Translations under genes and position numbers: made by a program
Shown: positions 21,866 through 30,951 of the stretch, piece by piece
Numbering within the stretch: position 1 is the stretch's first letter
Layout of the letters: the number at the start of each line of letters is the position of its first letter
Sequence record: SRR20825019_114
Strand: one strand, 5' to 3'
Length of the DNA stretch: 64,000 nt
Notes under the pieces: model-generated
What the model saw: only the letters and a program-made list of their open reading frames with translations
The model's database searches: none
What the model was told of the DNA's origin: nothing

Positions 21866-22174
21866 TCAGTCTTCAACGCCGAAGGCGCGGTCGAGCTTTT
21901 TCATGCGCGACGCATAGATAAAAATCAGCACCACAAAAGTGAAGATGGAGCCCTGCTGCGCGAACCAGAAACCAAGCTTGAAGCCCATGACCGTGAACTG
22001 GTTGAGCCAGTCTTCCAGGAGGATACCCGCCCCGAATGACACGATAAACCACACCGCCAAAAGCTTCCCAAGCAGTGACAGGTTCGCCCGCCAATAGCCC
22101 TTACGCTCTTCAGCGCTCAATTGTTTGCCACCCGTCGGCGCACCGGCCACAGCGTCATTTTGATCAGATTGCAT
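21866..22174 (-). CDS. DUF4212 small membrane subunit of SSS transporter
   Basis: YWRANL and GFWFAQQGSI motifs; directly upstream of actP. Confidence 0.9.
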   Translation of the reverse strand: MQSDQNDAVAGAPTGGKQLSAEERKGYWRANLSLLGKLLAVWFIVSFGAGILLEDWLNQFTVMGFKLGFWFAQQGSIFTFVVLIFIYASRMKKLDRAFGVED

Positions 22175-22259
22175 ATGCCTTGATCCTCCCCTAATCTTCC
22201 CGGCAACAGATTGGGAGAAAGCGTGCCATGCGTCAAATCATTGTTGGAGAGAAGACAAT

Positions 22260-22715
22260 ATGACCGACCTGAAAGGCCTGGAAAATTATCTCCATACCCA
22301 TATCCCGATCTCTGGCCCGATGGGGGTTACGGTGACGAGCGCGAGCCCTGACCGTGTGGTGCTTCGCGCCCCGCTTGATGCCAACATCAACCACAAAAGC
22401 ACTGCATTTGGTGGCAGCCTGCAAGCGCTTGCCACCCTGAGCTGCTGGACACTGCTGCATCTTAACCTGCGCACCAGCGCCAAACCGGGTGAGATTGTAA
22501 TCACCGGCAGCAATATCAGCTATATTCGCCCGGTCACCCGCGATTTTGAAGCGGTTGCCACATTGCCCGATGCGGCGCGCTGGCAAACATTCCTCAAAAC
22601 ATTTGATCGTCGTGGGCGCGCCCGCATCCAGCTCAGCGCGCATATTTTTGAGGATGATGAATTGGCAATTGATTACGCAGGCACCTTTGCAGCGCTCAAA
22701 AACGCGGAAGCATAG
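22260..22715 (+). CDS. YiiD C-terminal-like hot-dog thioesterase
   Basis: HIPIS...APLDANINHKSTAFGGS...YIRPV. Confidence 0.85.
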   Translation: MTDLKGLENYLHTHIPISGPMGVTVTSASPDRVVLRAPLDANINHKSTAFGGSLQALATLSCWTLLHLNLRTSAKPGEIVITGSNISYIRPVTRDFEAVATLPDAARWQTFLKTFDRRGRARIQLSAHIFEDDELAIDYAGTFAALKNAEA

Positions 22716-22769
22716 ACAAAAGCCATCACCGGCCTAATTCACTTCATACACACAAGCCACAACGAGGAT

Positions 22770-23165
22770 ATGATGAGCAAAGCCCAAGCCTTTCTGGAAA
22801 CCTGGCACAAAGCCGTAAAACAGTCGGATATGGATATTCTCAGCAGCATCGTGGCAGAGGATGCCAGCCTGCTTTCCCCTGCTTTCTGGAAACCCCGGCA
22901 GGGCAAAGACAAGGTGCTCATGGTGCTCGCCGCCGTGACAGACACCTTTGAAGACCTGACCTATACAAAAGAATGGATAGACGGTGATGAGCTAATCCTT
23001 GAATTCACCACCAGCGTGGGTGGCAAACAGATGAAGGGCATCGACCGCATCACGCTGGATGAAAACGGCAAGCTCAAGGAGATTGAGGTTTTGATCCGCC
23101 CAATGAATGGCCTGATGGCACTCGCGGCTGCATTGGATGACAAACTGAAAGCCTTGATGGCTTAG
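22770..23165 (+). CDS. SnoaL/NTF2-like protein
   Basis: WH...SPAFWKP..GK, LEF, KGID, EVLIRP pattern. Confidence 0.8.
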   Translation: MMSKAQAFLETWHKAVKQSDMDILSSIVAEDASLLSPAFWKPRQGKDKVLMVLAAVTDTFEDLTYTKEWIDGDELILEFTTSVGGKQMKGIDRITLDENGKLKEIEVLIRPMNGLMALAAALDDKLKALMA

Positions 23166-23351
23166 GCGCAGATGGCGGCCGGGCGGAATTGGGGGGTTCT
23201 CAACTTTCCGCGAATGTGTTCATAATGCGCCGGGGGAACGCGGGTTGAGTTTGAGGGACATGCAAGCCCAATCCGGTTCGGGACTAGGTAACTTGATAGC
23301 CTGCGGCTAACCGGCGCAGGTTCAATTGCGTTATCATAGGAACGACATAAT

Positions 23352-23846
23352 ATGAACAACCACATTCCCTATATTTTCAAACTGAGCCTCTCTGGATTTG
23401 TTGCACTGGTATTGAGCAGCACCGCGTTGGCGGCAATGAGCGATGCCGACATTCTGGCGCAAGAAACCCTCGAACAAGAGAACCTCAAGAAAGCCGTGCG
23501 CTGCATGGAAATTCTTGAGGTAGACCTAAACGTCAACCGGTTTGGCGAGGAATGTGTCGCTGAAGGACATATTGAGCATTCGCCCCGTGTCCCTGACGGA
23601 AAACAAGGCCTGCTTGATTATTTCGCCGCGCAACTTGAACGTTTCCCCGAAATGCACGGGGATATAAAGCGTGCAGGCGCCGACGGTGATCTGGTTTGGA
23701 TGCATATCCATTTCAAAGCAAAACCAGACGCCACAGGAAATGCCGGCATGCATATTTTCCGGATGGAAAATGGCAAGTTTGCAGAACATTGGGGCGTGGG
23801 GCAGCCGGTTGTTAAGTCAACGCTGCACGATAATTCGATGTTCTAG
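23352..23846 (+). CDS. Secreted SnoaL-like protein
   Basis: Signal peptide; IEHSPRVPDGK, ADGDLVWMH, IFRMENGKFAEHW. Confidence 0.82.
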   Translation: MNNHIPYIFKLSLSGFVALVLSSTALAAMSDADILAQETLEQENLKKAVRCMEILEVDLNVNRFGEECVAEGHIEHSPRVPDGKQGLLDYFAAQLERFPEMHGDIKRAGADGDLVWMHIHFKAKPDATGNAGMHIFRMENGKFAEHWGVGQPVVKSTLHDNSMF

Positions 23847-23888
23847 CGGTTCTCTCTGCTTCACTGCAGGCCCCATTTACTTGGCCCG

Positions 23889-23926
23889 AAAAAAGCTGGG
23901 GCGGTAACAGCAAGCCGTTACCGCCC
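23889..23926 (-). terminator. Rho-independent terminator
   Basis: Perfect 10-bp stem GGGCGGTAAC/GTTACCGCCC followed on the minus strand by cagcTTTTTT. Confidence 0.75.
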
Positions 23927-24118
23927 GAGAGAGCACGAAAGATGGGTTGGAAGGCCGGTTTACGTGAGCCCCACGGCCCGGCGATGCAATCACGAAGAAA
24001 GCACCCTCTTTTTTCCAGCCTCAAGGAGGCGCCCACCACTGAGAGGCAGAAAAAGAGCTTTCGCTTCCATGCTCATAATATCTGCACCACCACCAAATGG
24101 GCAGATATCAACGCAACA
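23889..24118 (-). ncRNA. Candidate structured small RNA (~230 nt), family not recognised
   Basis: TTGACC-N17-TAACGT promoter, three internal hairpins and a terminator; no convincing protein ORF. Confidence 0.4.
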
Positions 24119-24123
24119 AGGGG

Positions 24124-24175
24124 ACGTTACCCATTCCTGACTTTTTGGTCAATATTATAAATTCAAAAAAATTTG
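24124..24175 (-). promoter_or_regulatory. Sigma70-like promoter with AT-rich UP element
   Basis: -35 TTGACC (24152-24147), 17-bp spacer, -10 TAACGT (24129-24124); AT-rich tract upstream. Confidence 0.5.
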
Positions 24176-24252
24176 ATGGCTGTCTTTAAACCTCCACCCA
24201 GCCAATAGGGTCGACGCTGCCGGGTATGGATTTCCTGCAATCAGGTAAGGGA

Positions 24253-24648
24253 TTATTGTGGCGGGGGTGCAGACTTCTGCGCCTCTGCCCCGGCAGCATT
24301 TACGCTTGGCAGTACCAACACTGGCTGCCGCACGGTGACAGTGTTGGTGCTGGAGAAATGAAATTCAAGCCCGCTGCCAACAAGCAAAGCCTCAATAGCA
24401 CGGCGCGCGCTCATCCGACCCTTAAGCTCATCACAAGGCGGTAGCGCAGCGGTATCTGTCGCGATAATAAGCTGCACACCGGCCTGCTCAGAAAATGCCA
24501 ACAGCGCCTTTTGTAGCGGCTGTGCTTCAATGGAAAAATCCGTCAAACGGTCGCCGTGTGCATATGCTCCCTGCCCCGCACACGCGAGGGCAGAAGCAAG
24601 GATAACAAACACCAGAAGAAGACGGTGTCCTGGGGACCGCGCTTTCAT
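24253..24648 (-). CDS. Stand-alone secreted STN (Secretin/TonB short N-terminal) domain protein
   Basis: Signal peptide ending AYA, then FSIEAQPLQKALLAFSEQAGVQLII...LEFHFSSTNTVTVR; 34/70 identical to the adjacent receptor's STN domain (hand count). Confidence 0.8.
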   Translation of the reverse strand: MKARSPGHRLLLVFVILASALACAGQGAYAHGDRLTDFSIEAQPLQKALLAFSEQAGVQLIIATDTAALPPCDELKGRMSARRAIEALLVGSGLEFHFSSTNTVTVRQPVLVLPSVNAAGAEAQKSAPPPQ

Positions 24649-24779
24649 CACTTAGACCTTTCGAAGCAGGCGGGGAGGAGGCTTCCCGCTTCATATATGA
24701 GACGAAAAGACGCGCCCAGTTGGGAATGCCTGCTTTGAAATCCGGCCATAAGAACGAGGGGTTTTGCCATCACTCGCCC

Positions 24780-27650
24780 CTAGAATGACACGGTCATACG
24801 GGCATAATAATACCCGCCGTTAATGCCCCAAGGCATGGCCACCCAAGGGTAGACAAAGTTACCAAACCTGCCAGGCTGGCGGTCCTCCGATATCCAGCGC
24901 GCAAGCGCGTTATTCGGCAGCTTCTTCGGGTATTTATTGAAGATGTTATTGGCGCCAATGGCAAAATTCACCTGCTCGGCGATATCGTAGGATATCTCCA
25001 TATCCACGATCACAGCCTTGCCGGCCCGTGTGGTAGGTGACCGGTCAAGCCCATAGGTGTCATACGCCAGATCAGGCGGAATTTCATTGCCTGCCGCAGT
25101 ATAGAAGGCTGATTCCGTATCGCCATAAAAATTGGCACGGATTACAGCGCCAAAACGCCCACGACGGTAATCTGCGCTCGCGCTCGCGCGGAAGCGCGGC
25201 TGGGAGCGTTCCACATTCACCCGTTCCGCAAGTGGGAAGAACACGGCGGCCGGGATATCCGCTGGCGCGTTAACCCCCTTGATCTTGGTACGGTTCCAGC
25301 TAAGGCTGGAAACCAAGTCTACATCACCACCCGCAAAATTGGTTTTCACGCAGGCCACAAAGTCGATGCCGTATGTTTCCGTATCCACCGCGTTCGAGAA
25401 AAACGAGCCTGCCTCAATCGCGCCAAGGTTAACGCCCTCGGGTAGGCCCAGTGTGGGGCCAAGCACGATACGGTCTGCGATATTGATGCGGTAGGCGTCA
25501 AGCGTCACCAGCACGCTTTCATCCGCTTCCCACACGGCACCGAGCGAAAAGTTGGTGCTGGTTTCGTGATGTAGTTTATCCACCCCGTAGGCGCGGGCAA
25601 AACTATGCCCCTCGGGCGCCACCAGCGTCTGCAACAGACCTTCCGCATTGGTGTTTGTAATCACGCTTGAGAAGGCGCGCTGTGCGAGCGCAGGCGCACG
25701 GAACCCGGTTGCCGCCGCCGCGCGGAGCGCCACCGTATCCGTTAGTTGCGCGCGGGCGGAGAGCTTGCCCGTAAGCTTATCGCCGGTTTCGTCAAAATAC
25801 TCATACCGTGTGGCGGCGGTCAGCCAGATGTTCTCGCTGGGCTCAAACTCTGCATCGATATAAAGCGCAAAACTGTTGCGGCCCTTTTTGCCCTCAACAT
25901 CTTTGCTATAGCCGGGGAAGCCCTGAAACCCGCAAAACGCAACGCTATTGGGGTCAAGGATCGAAGGGGCAAACTCGCCGTCTACAAAACCACAATTATA
26001 GGATGCCGGGTCGCCCGCTTCGATGCTGTAACGCTCATCCCGAAATTCAAAACCATAGGCCAGATGCGCCAAGAGGCCGCCCGCGTGCCCGCCGCCGGAC
26101 GCATCGAAGTTCAGGGTCAACTGGTCAAACCGAAGCGCGCCTGAAAAGCCGCTGGTCGGGCTTGCTGTTGCCACATCTTCACCATTGTAATAAGCAGCGG
26201 AGGCCAGCGATACGTTCACCGTGTTAGCGGCACCAAAGGCAAACCGCGTTGTGCCATAGGTGGCGCTCAAATCATAGTTCCAGCCACTTTCCGCCTCATA
26301 GCGCAAGCCCACAGCCTGGCTGAAATCGCTGACGTCTGTTTCCTGAAGCGGCAGAAAACCGTCCGGGTACAGTTGTGGCACCGTACGCCCCGGCGTAAAC
26401 GGATGGCGGAAAAACCCACCCGACAGCCCGCTTCGGTTGCTGAAGCCGCCGAAGGCATAAACCTTGGCCGCCGTATCGCCAGAAAGTTCCATGTTCCACA
26501 TCATGGAGGTAGCCTCCACGTCCGTGTCGCCAATGCGCATGATCACATCACCGGTGATAGAGCTTGGCCCGGCGCGGTTGGTGGCGGCCTTGTCCCGATA
26601 CTCGGCTGTCAGGTTGAAAAAACCTTCATCGAAAAGCGGGAAGCCTGCATTGGCAGAAAGATAGAAGGTGTCACCGTCGCCCTCATAGGTCTGGCCCCAG
26701 CTCGCAGTGACAAGCCCACCCTCATCCTGGTCATTCAACACCACGTTGATCACACCGGCGATAGCGTCAGAGCCATATTGCGCGGACGCACCGTCGCGCA
26801 GTATTTCTACCCGCTTGATGGACCCAATGGGGATGGTGTTCATATCCGTGCCCACAGAGCCCTTGCCCACCGTGTTTTGCACATTCACCCACGCCTGGCT
26901 GTGCCGACGTTTGCCGTTCACCAGAATAAGCACCTGATCAGGCCCAAGGCCCCTGAGGGTTGCAGGGCGCACGATATCCGTACCGTCAGATATGGTGGTT
27001 TCTGTATAATTGAAGCTGGGCGCCAGCACCTGCAAAAGCCGCCCCGTTTCCACGTGCCCTGTGCGTCTGAGTGCGCCTGAGTTAATAAGATCGATGGGAA
27101 CCGAGGTTTCTCCCACGGTGCGGGAGCGGTTCCGTGTTCCCACGGTAATCAGCTCTTCAAGGAAAATCTCATTGCTGCGGGGGGACTGTGCCCTGCGGGA
27201 ACCACCTTCCTTGCGGTCGGATTCCTCGGCTGCGGCTTGCCGGACTTCCTCGGCGTAGGTCGCGCGTGTGCGTACAATCACGGTGTTAGGGCCGGTGAAA
27301 TAATACTCAAGCCGTGTGCCCGCCACCAAGGTATCCAGCGCGCCCGTTATCGAATGCCGTCCTGCGAGCGTACGCCTGAACGACAGATCGCTCGCGCCAT
27401 CAGTCAGGATAAGCTGCACACCGGCCTGTTCAGAGAATGCAAGAAGAGCCTGTCTGAGCGATTGAGGACGAATATTGAAACGCACGCGCCTGCGGTTGTC
27501 ATATTCCGCGTTCTCAGTTGTGGAAGGGGGAGAAACCTGCTCGTCGCTTTCAGCTTGGATAGCGGATGCATAAGCCCACGGCACTGCTACAATGTTAGCA
27601 GCAACCGCGCAGGCAAGCCTCCGTTTCCAGGCCCGTGCGGACAGGTCCAT
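24780..27650 (-). CDS. TonB-dependent transducer (receptor with N-terminal STN signalling domain)
   Basis: STN domain, TonB box [45 protein letters not shown], terminal Phe. Confidence 0.95.
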   Translation of the reverse strand: MDLSARAWKRRLACAVAANIVAVPWAYASAIQAESDEQVSPPSTTENAEYDNRRRVRFNIRPQSLRQALLAFSEQAGVQLILTDGASDLSFRRTLAGRHSITGALDTLVAGTRLEYYFTGPNTVIVRTRATYAEEVRQAAAEESDRKEGGSRRAQSPRSNEIFLEELITVGTRNRSRTVGETSVPIDLINSGALRRTGHVETGRLLQVLAPSFNYTETTISDGTDIVRPATLRGLGPDQVLILVNGKRRHSQAWVNVQNTVGKGSVGTDMNTIPIGSIKRVEILRDGASAQYGSDAIAGVINVVLNDQDEGGLVTASWGQTYEGDGDTFYLSANAGFPLFDEGFFNLTAEYRDKAATNRAGPSSITGDVIMRIGDTDVEATSMMWNMELSGDTAAKVYAFGGFSNRSGLSGGFFRHPFTPGRTVPQLYPDGFLPLQETDVSDFSQAVGLRYEAESGWNYDLSATYGTTRFAFGAANTVNVSLASAAYYNGEDVATASPTSGFSGALRFDQLTLNFDASGGGHAGGLLAHLAYGFEFRDERYSIEAGDPASYNCGFVDGEFAPSILDPNSVAFCGFQGFPGYSKDVEGKKGRNSFALYIDAEFEPSENIWLTAATRYEYFDETGDKLTGKLSARAQLTDTVALRAAAATGFRAPALAQRAFSSVITNTNAEGLLQTLVAPEGHSFARAYGVDKLHHETSTNFSLGAVWEADESVLVTLDAYRINIADRIVLGPTLGLPEGVNLGAIEAGSFFSNAVDTETYGIDFVACVKTNFAGGDVDLVSSLSWNRTKIKGVNAPADIPAAVFFPLAERVNVERSQPRFRASASADYRRGRFGAVIRANFYGDTESAFYTAAGNEIPPDLAYDTYGLDRSPTTRAGKAVIVDMEISYDIAEQVNFAIGANNIFNKYPKKLPNNALARWISEDRQPGRFGNFVYPWVAMPWGINGGYYYARMTVSF

Positions 27651-27734
27651 CGTGTGTTTTCCTCCCGAAGCGACGCTCTAAGGCATCGCCCTTCGTGCCC
27701 TGTTCCCGGACACTTCATTGCAATCAGGAGCAGC

Positions 27735-28850
27735 TTATTCGCTCGCTTCCCTGACCACAGTATCGGAACTCTCGTCCGCCATCATCAAAATTGTGCTGCT
27801 ACCAAGCCGAACAACTTCGATGGGGTAACCTTCCTGAAGGCCTTCGAGCCATGCCTGAACCTGATCGGGGTACACAGTGCCGGTAAAGCGCATGGCGCCC
27901 ACAGCCTCATCCCCGATAGTGATTTCATTGGCCAGATAGCGGTTCAGGTCAGCGATAACATCAGAGATTGGCAAGTCAACCATCGTGAGCACACCAACGC
28001 GCCATGCCAGATCTTTTTGTGCCGAGGCATGCACAACCGGGGTCATCACACCGCGCATGGAATAGCTTGTCTGGCTACCTGCCGTTACAAGGGCAACAGC
28101 CCCCGGTGCCGCATCTTCTTCACGCCCGCCCGCCGCCGCACTTGGGCGCACAGCAACGGTGCCTTCAAGCACATGCACTTCCACGTCAGCGCTTGTTTTG
28201 CGCACATTAAACACCGTACCAATCGCGGTCACGCTGCCGCTGCCCGCACGCACAACAAAAGGCCGCTTGGGGTTTTTCGCCACAGTGAAAATGGCTTGCC
28301 CGCGCTCCAGCGTCAGGCTGCGCTCAGTCTCGCTATAATCAACAGAAATGGCGCTGCCCGCGTTCAGCTCAACGATAGAACCGTCCGCCAGGTTCACCAC
28401 ACGCTGCTGGCCCGCTGCGGTTTGATAAAGGGTTGCGGCGGCTTGCTGCGCACCATTACCACCACCGAGCATCATATTGGTAGCAACCAGCGCCGCCAGA
28501 AGCGTTGCTGCAATACCGCTCACCCAGCCAAGAGAGATCTTGCGGCGCGGTTTGCGCGCAGGCGAGAGGATCGAGAGCACATTGTCGCCCACATCAGGCT
28601 GCGCGCCATCAGTGCTTGCCGAGGCGTCACCGCTTGGCAGGCTTGCAATGTCTGTCTCGCTCGCCAAATCAAGTACACCCCAAAGCGTTTCCATGCGGCT
28701 GAATGCGCGCCGGTGATCTTCATCCTCGGCGAGCCAATCCTGCCATTCATGCAGCTCTGCGCCCGATATAGTGCCGTCTTGCAGGCCGAGATAATAATCG
28801 GCCGCTTGCTCAAGCACGTCTTCCCTAATTTTCACATCACTCACTGGCAT
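27735..28850 (-). CDS. FecR-family anti-sigma factor
   Basis: EQAADY...WLAEDEDHRRAF N-domain, TM, LADGSIVELNAGS, LERGQAIFTV, AIGTVFNV, AWRVG. Confidence 0.93.
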   Translation of the reverse strand: MPVSDVKIREDVLEQAADYYLGLQDGTISGAELHEWQDWLAEDEDHRRAFSRMETLWGVLDLASETDIASLPSGDASASTDGAQPDVGDNVLSILSPARKPRRKISLGWVSGIAATLLAALVATNMMLGGGNGAQQAAATLYQTAAGQQRVVNLADGSIVELNAGSAISVDYSETERSLTLERGQAIFTVAKNPKRPFVVRAGSGSVTAIGTVFNVRKTSADVEVHVLEGTVAVRPSAAAGGREEDAAPGAVALVTAGSQTSYSMRGVMTPVVHASAQKDLAWRVGVLTMVDLPISDVIADLNRYLANEITIGDEAVGAMRFTGTVYPDQVQAWLEGLQEGYPIEVVRLGSSTILMMADESSDTVVREASE

Positions 28851-28862
28851 GTGCCATAGTCC

Positions 28863-29516
28863 CTATTGAATGCTCCACGCGTCCAGTTCACCGCTCAGTT
28901 TGTCTGAGCAATGCACCAGTGCACGCAGAACATATTTTCGCACCATCGATGACGTCAGCCCCATTTCTTCGGCAATGGCGTCATAACTACGGTGTTTAAA
29001 TTTATATTCTATGAAGGCGTGACGACATTTCGGCGGTAACGCGCCAACGCAGTCGAGCACCTTCTCAAGCGATTGTTTGGCGGCCAGTGACCTCTCTGGC
29101 GTGAAACCAAACATCTCGTTTATCTGTTGTGCGGGCCCTGCTTCATCAACATAAGCCTGCGCAAGCCCCCGCCGCCTGACACGGTCGATGGCTATATTTG
29201 TTGCGGTCCGAAAAAGGAAAGCCCGCAAAAACCCAATAGTACTTTTGTCATCAAGCCTGAGCAGGCGGACATAAGCCTCCTGCGCAACCTCGACCGCCTC
29301 ATCGTGCGACTTGAGCCGGCTGGTGAGATACCGCACCAGCTCATCGTTATGGTTCTGGAACAGCTGATTGATATCTTCTTTGGAAAGGGGAGCCGCCTCA
29401 GGCACGTCGGCAATCATGCCTTCCTGCACTGAACCGGATGTTTCATGCACATCTTCCCCGCGCGCATGAACCTGCCCTTCCCCACTGATATCTTTTTCTG
29501 GCTGTACCGAAGCCAT
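28863..29516 (-). CDS. ECF sigma-70 factor (FecI-like); start uncertain
   Basis: Region 2 EVAQEAYVRL...FLFRTATNIAID; region 4 LPPKCRHAF...SYDAIAEEMG; adjacent to FecR. Confidence 0.92.
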   Translation of the reverse strand: MASVQPEKDISGEGQVHARGEDVHETSGSVQEGMIADVPEAAPLSKEDINQLFQNHNDELVRYLTSRLKSHDEAVEVAQEAYVRLLRLDDKSTIGFLRAFLFRTATNIAIDRVRRRGLAQAYVDEAGPAQQINEMFGFTPERSLAAKQSLEKVLDCVGALPPKCRHAFIEYKFKHRSYDAIAEEMGLTSSMVRKYVLRALVHCSDKLSGELDAWSIQ

Positions 29517-29623
29517 ACAAGTCTCCTTGCCACAAGGACGAACAGCATAGCGAGGCTGGGAATGATTTCCTCAAAAAATTTCACAAGAAACTATTAGGTT
29601 GATGACATTCACCTATGGCGTGC

Positions 29624-29661
29624 AAAAAAAATGAGGCGGAAGGTAAAACCTAGCCGCCTCA
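29624..29661 (-). terminator. Rho-independent terminator
   Basis: TGAGGCGG/CCGCCTCA stem followed by an 8-T run on the minus strand. Confidence 0.8.
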
Positions 29662-29686
29662 GGTGTGGGTAATGCGAGGATATACC

Positions 29687-30913
29687 CTAAAAATATCGCG
29701 TGAGCCGAAGTGTCAGTTGGCTGTCACGCCTGAAACCGTAAAGAATATTGCTGGTATCCACATTGGTGAAAAAGCGGGCTTCAAGTTCCCCCACCCAATA
29801 GTCGCCAAAGCGGCGGGAAGCTTCCACAACACCCGACATGGAGGCGTCGCTAAGGTCAACGATCACACCGCCAAGCACGGAGGTATCTTCCGCATCATTC
29901 ATGGCGAGCCGGACGCCGGTGAACACATCATTGTCCGCCGTGGTGACTGGGGCCAGATACGGGTTTTCTGACCGGCCATCATACTGAAACTCGACCAGCA
30001 CACCGAGGTCTGCGCCCGCTTCTGTCACACCGTAGAAGGTATATTCCACGCCCGCCACTGCGGCCGCGAAAGTTTCAAACGGGGTATCTTTCACAATACC
30101 CTCAAACTTCCACAGCCAGGCATCGCGGGTGTATTGAAGGTCGAGCCCCACTTGCGTGATGTCATCATAAAAGGGCGCGAGCAGGCCGCGCTCTTCATCC
30201 AAAATCAGCCTTGGTTCCCTGTCCGCGCCGTGGAAGAGGGAAACACCTACATCCCAGTCACCAAAATAATGGCTGTAGCGCAGGGCGAAATCCACGCTTG
30301 CGTCATCGTCCCTGCCCTGATCAAACCGCGCCAGGTCATTATCCACCAGGAAGGGCGTACGAAAGCGCCCCTCAAGCCCTGGGAAGGTGCGTTTACGGAA
30401 GGCTGGCATCACGTAGCCTGTGAGCTGACCCCAATCCTGAATGGTAGAGACCTCCAACATTGGCTGGCCAAGCTTGTCCTCGTTATCGATATCTTCAATG
30501 GCGTCACTTTGGTTGATGATATCAACGAGGTGGCGGCTTTCCGCCACCCCCCAATAAACCTTGGCAAGGCCCGCACGCACGGTCCAGCTGTCACCGTTCC
30601 AGCGCACGTAGGCTTCCCGCACATCTGCATGGGTACGCTCATCATCTTTGGCGTCAAGACGACCAAAGGGGACAAACACAAAGTCGAAACGGCGGTCATC
30701 GCTCTGCCATCTCAGGTCTCCCTCAAACTGGAGGGACGGCTGAAAAGTGTCGAGCTGGCCGGGCAAAGCCCCTTCTCGAGCAAAGGTGCGCATCTCGGCG
30801 CCCAACGAGCCCGACACTTCCCACTCACCCGCGTTTGCAGCACTTGGCGGCATGGTGATCGGTGCAAGGGCGGCCACCATCAGGGAGAGTGAACTCCAAA
30901 CGTTCGATGTCAT
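29687..30913 (-). CDS. Putative outer-membrane beta-barrel protein
   Basis: Signal peptide, amphipathic strands, DVREAY, WGVAESRHLVDIINQ, C-terminal LRLTRYF. Confidence 0.75.
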   Translation of the reverse strand: MTSNVWSSLSLMVAALAPITMPPSAANAGEWEVSGSLGAEMRTFAREGALPGQLDTFQPSLQFEGDLRWQSDDRRFDFVFVPFGRLDAKDDERTHADVREAYVRWNGDSWTVRAGLAKVYWGVAESRHLVDIINQSDAIEDIDNEDKLGQPMLEVSTIQDWGQLTGYVMPAFRKRTFPGLEGRFRTPFLVDNDLARFDQGRDDDASVDFALRYSHYFGDWDVGVSLFHGADREPRLILDEERGLLAPFYDDITQVGLDLQYTRDAWLWKFEGIVKDTPFETFAAAVAGVEYTFYGVTEAGADLGVLVEFQYDGRSENPYLAPVTTADNDVFTGVRLAMNDAEDTSVLGGVIVDLSDASMSGVVEASRRFGDYWVGELEARFFTNVDTSNILYGFRRDSQLTLRLTRYF

Positions 30914-30951
30914 AAAGCGATAACCTCGTTTACTTCGGTACTTCAGCCAGT

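Noticed and set aside
23166-23351. Intergenic stretch with a CCTGCG/CGCAGG hairpin
   Set aside because: A single short stem with no promoter or terminator context; not enough for an RNA call.
27237-28859. 540-aa plus-strand ORF
   Set aside because: Antisense shadow of fecR and the receptor 5' end; His/Arg-rich with no recognisable motifs.
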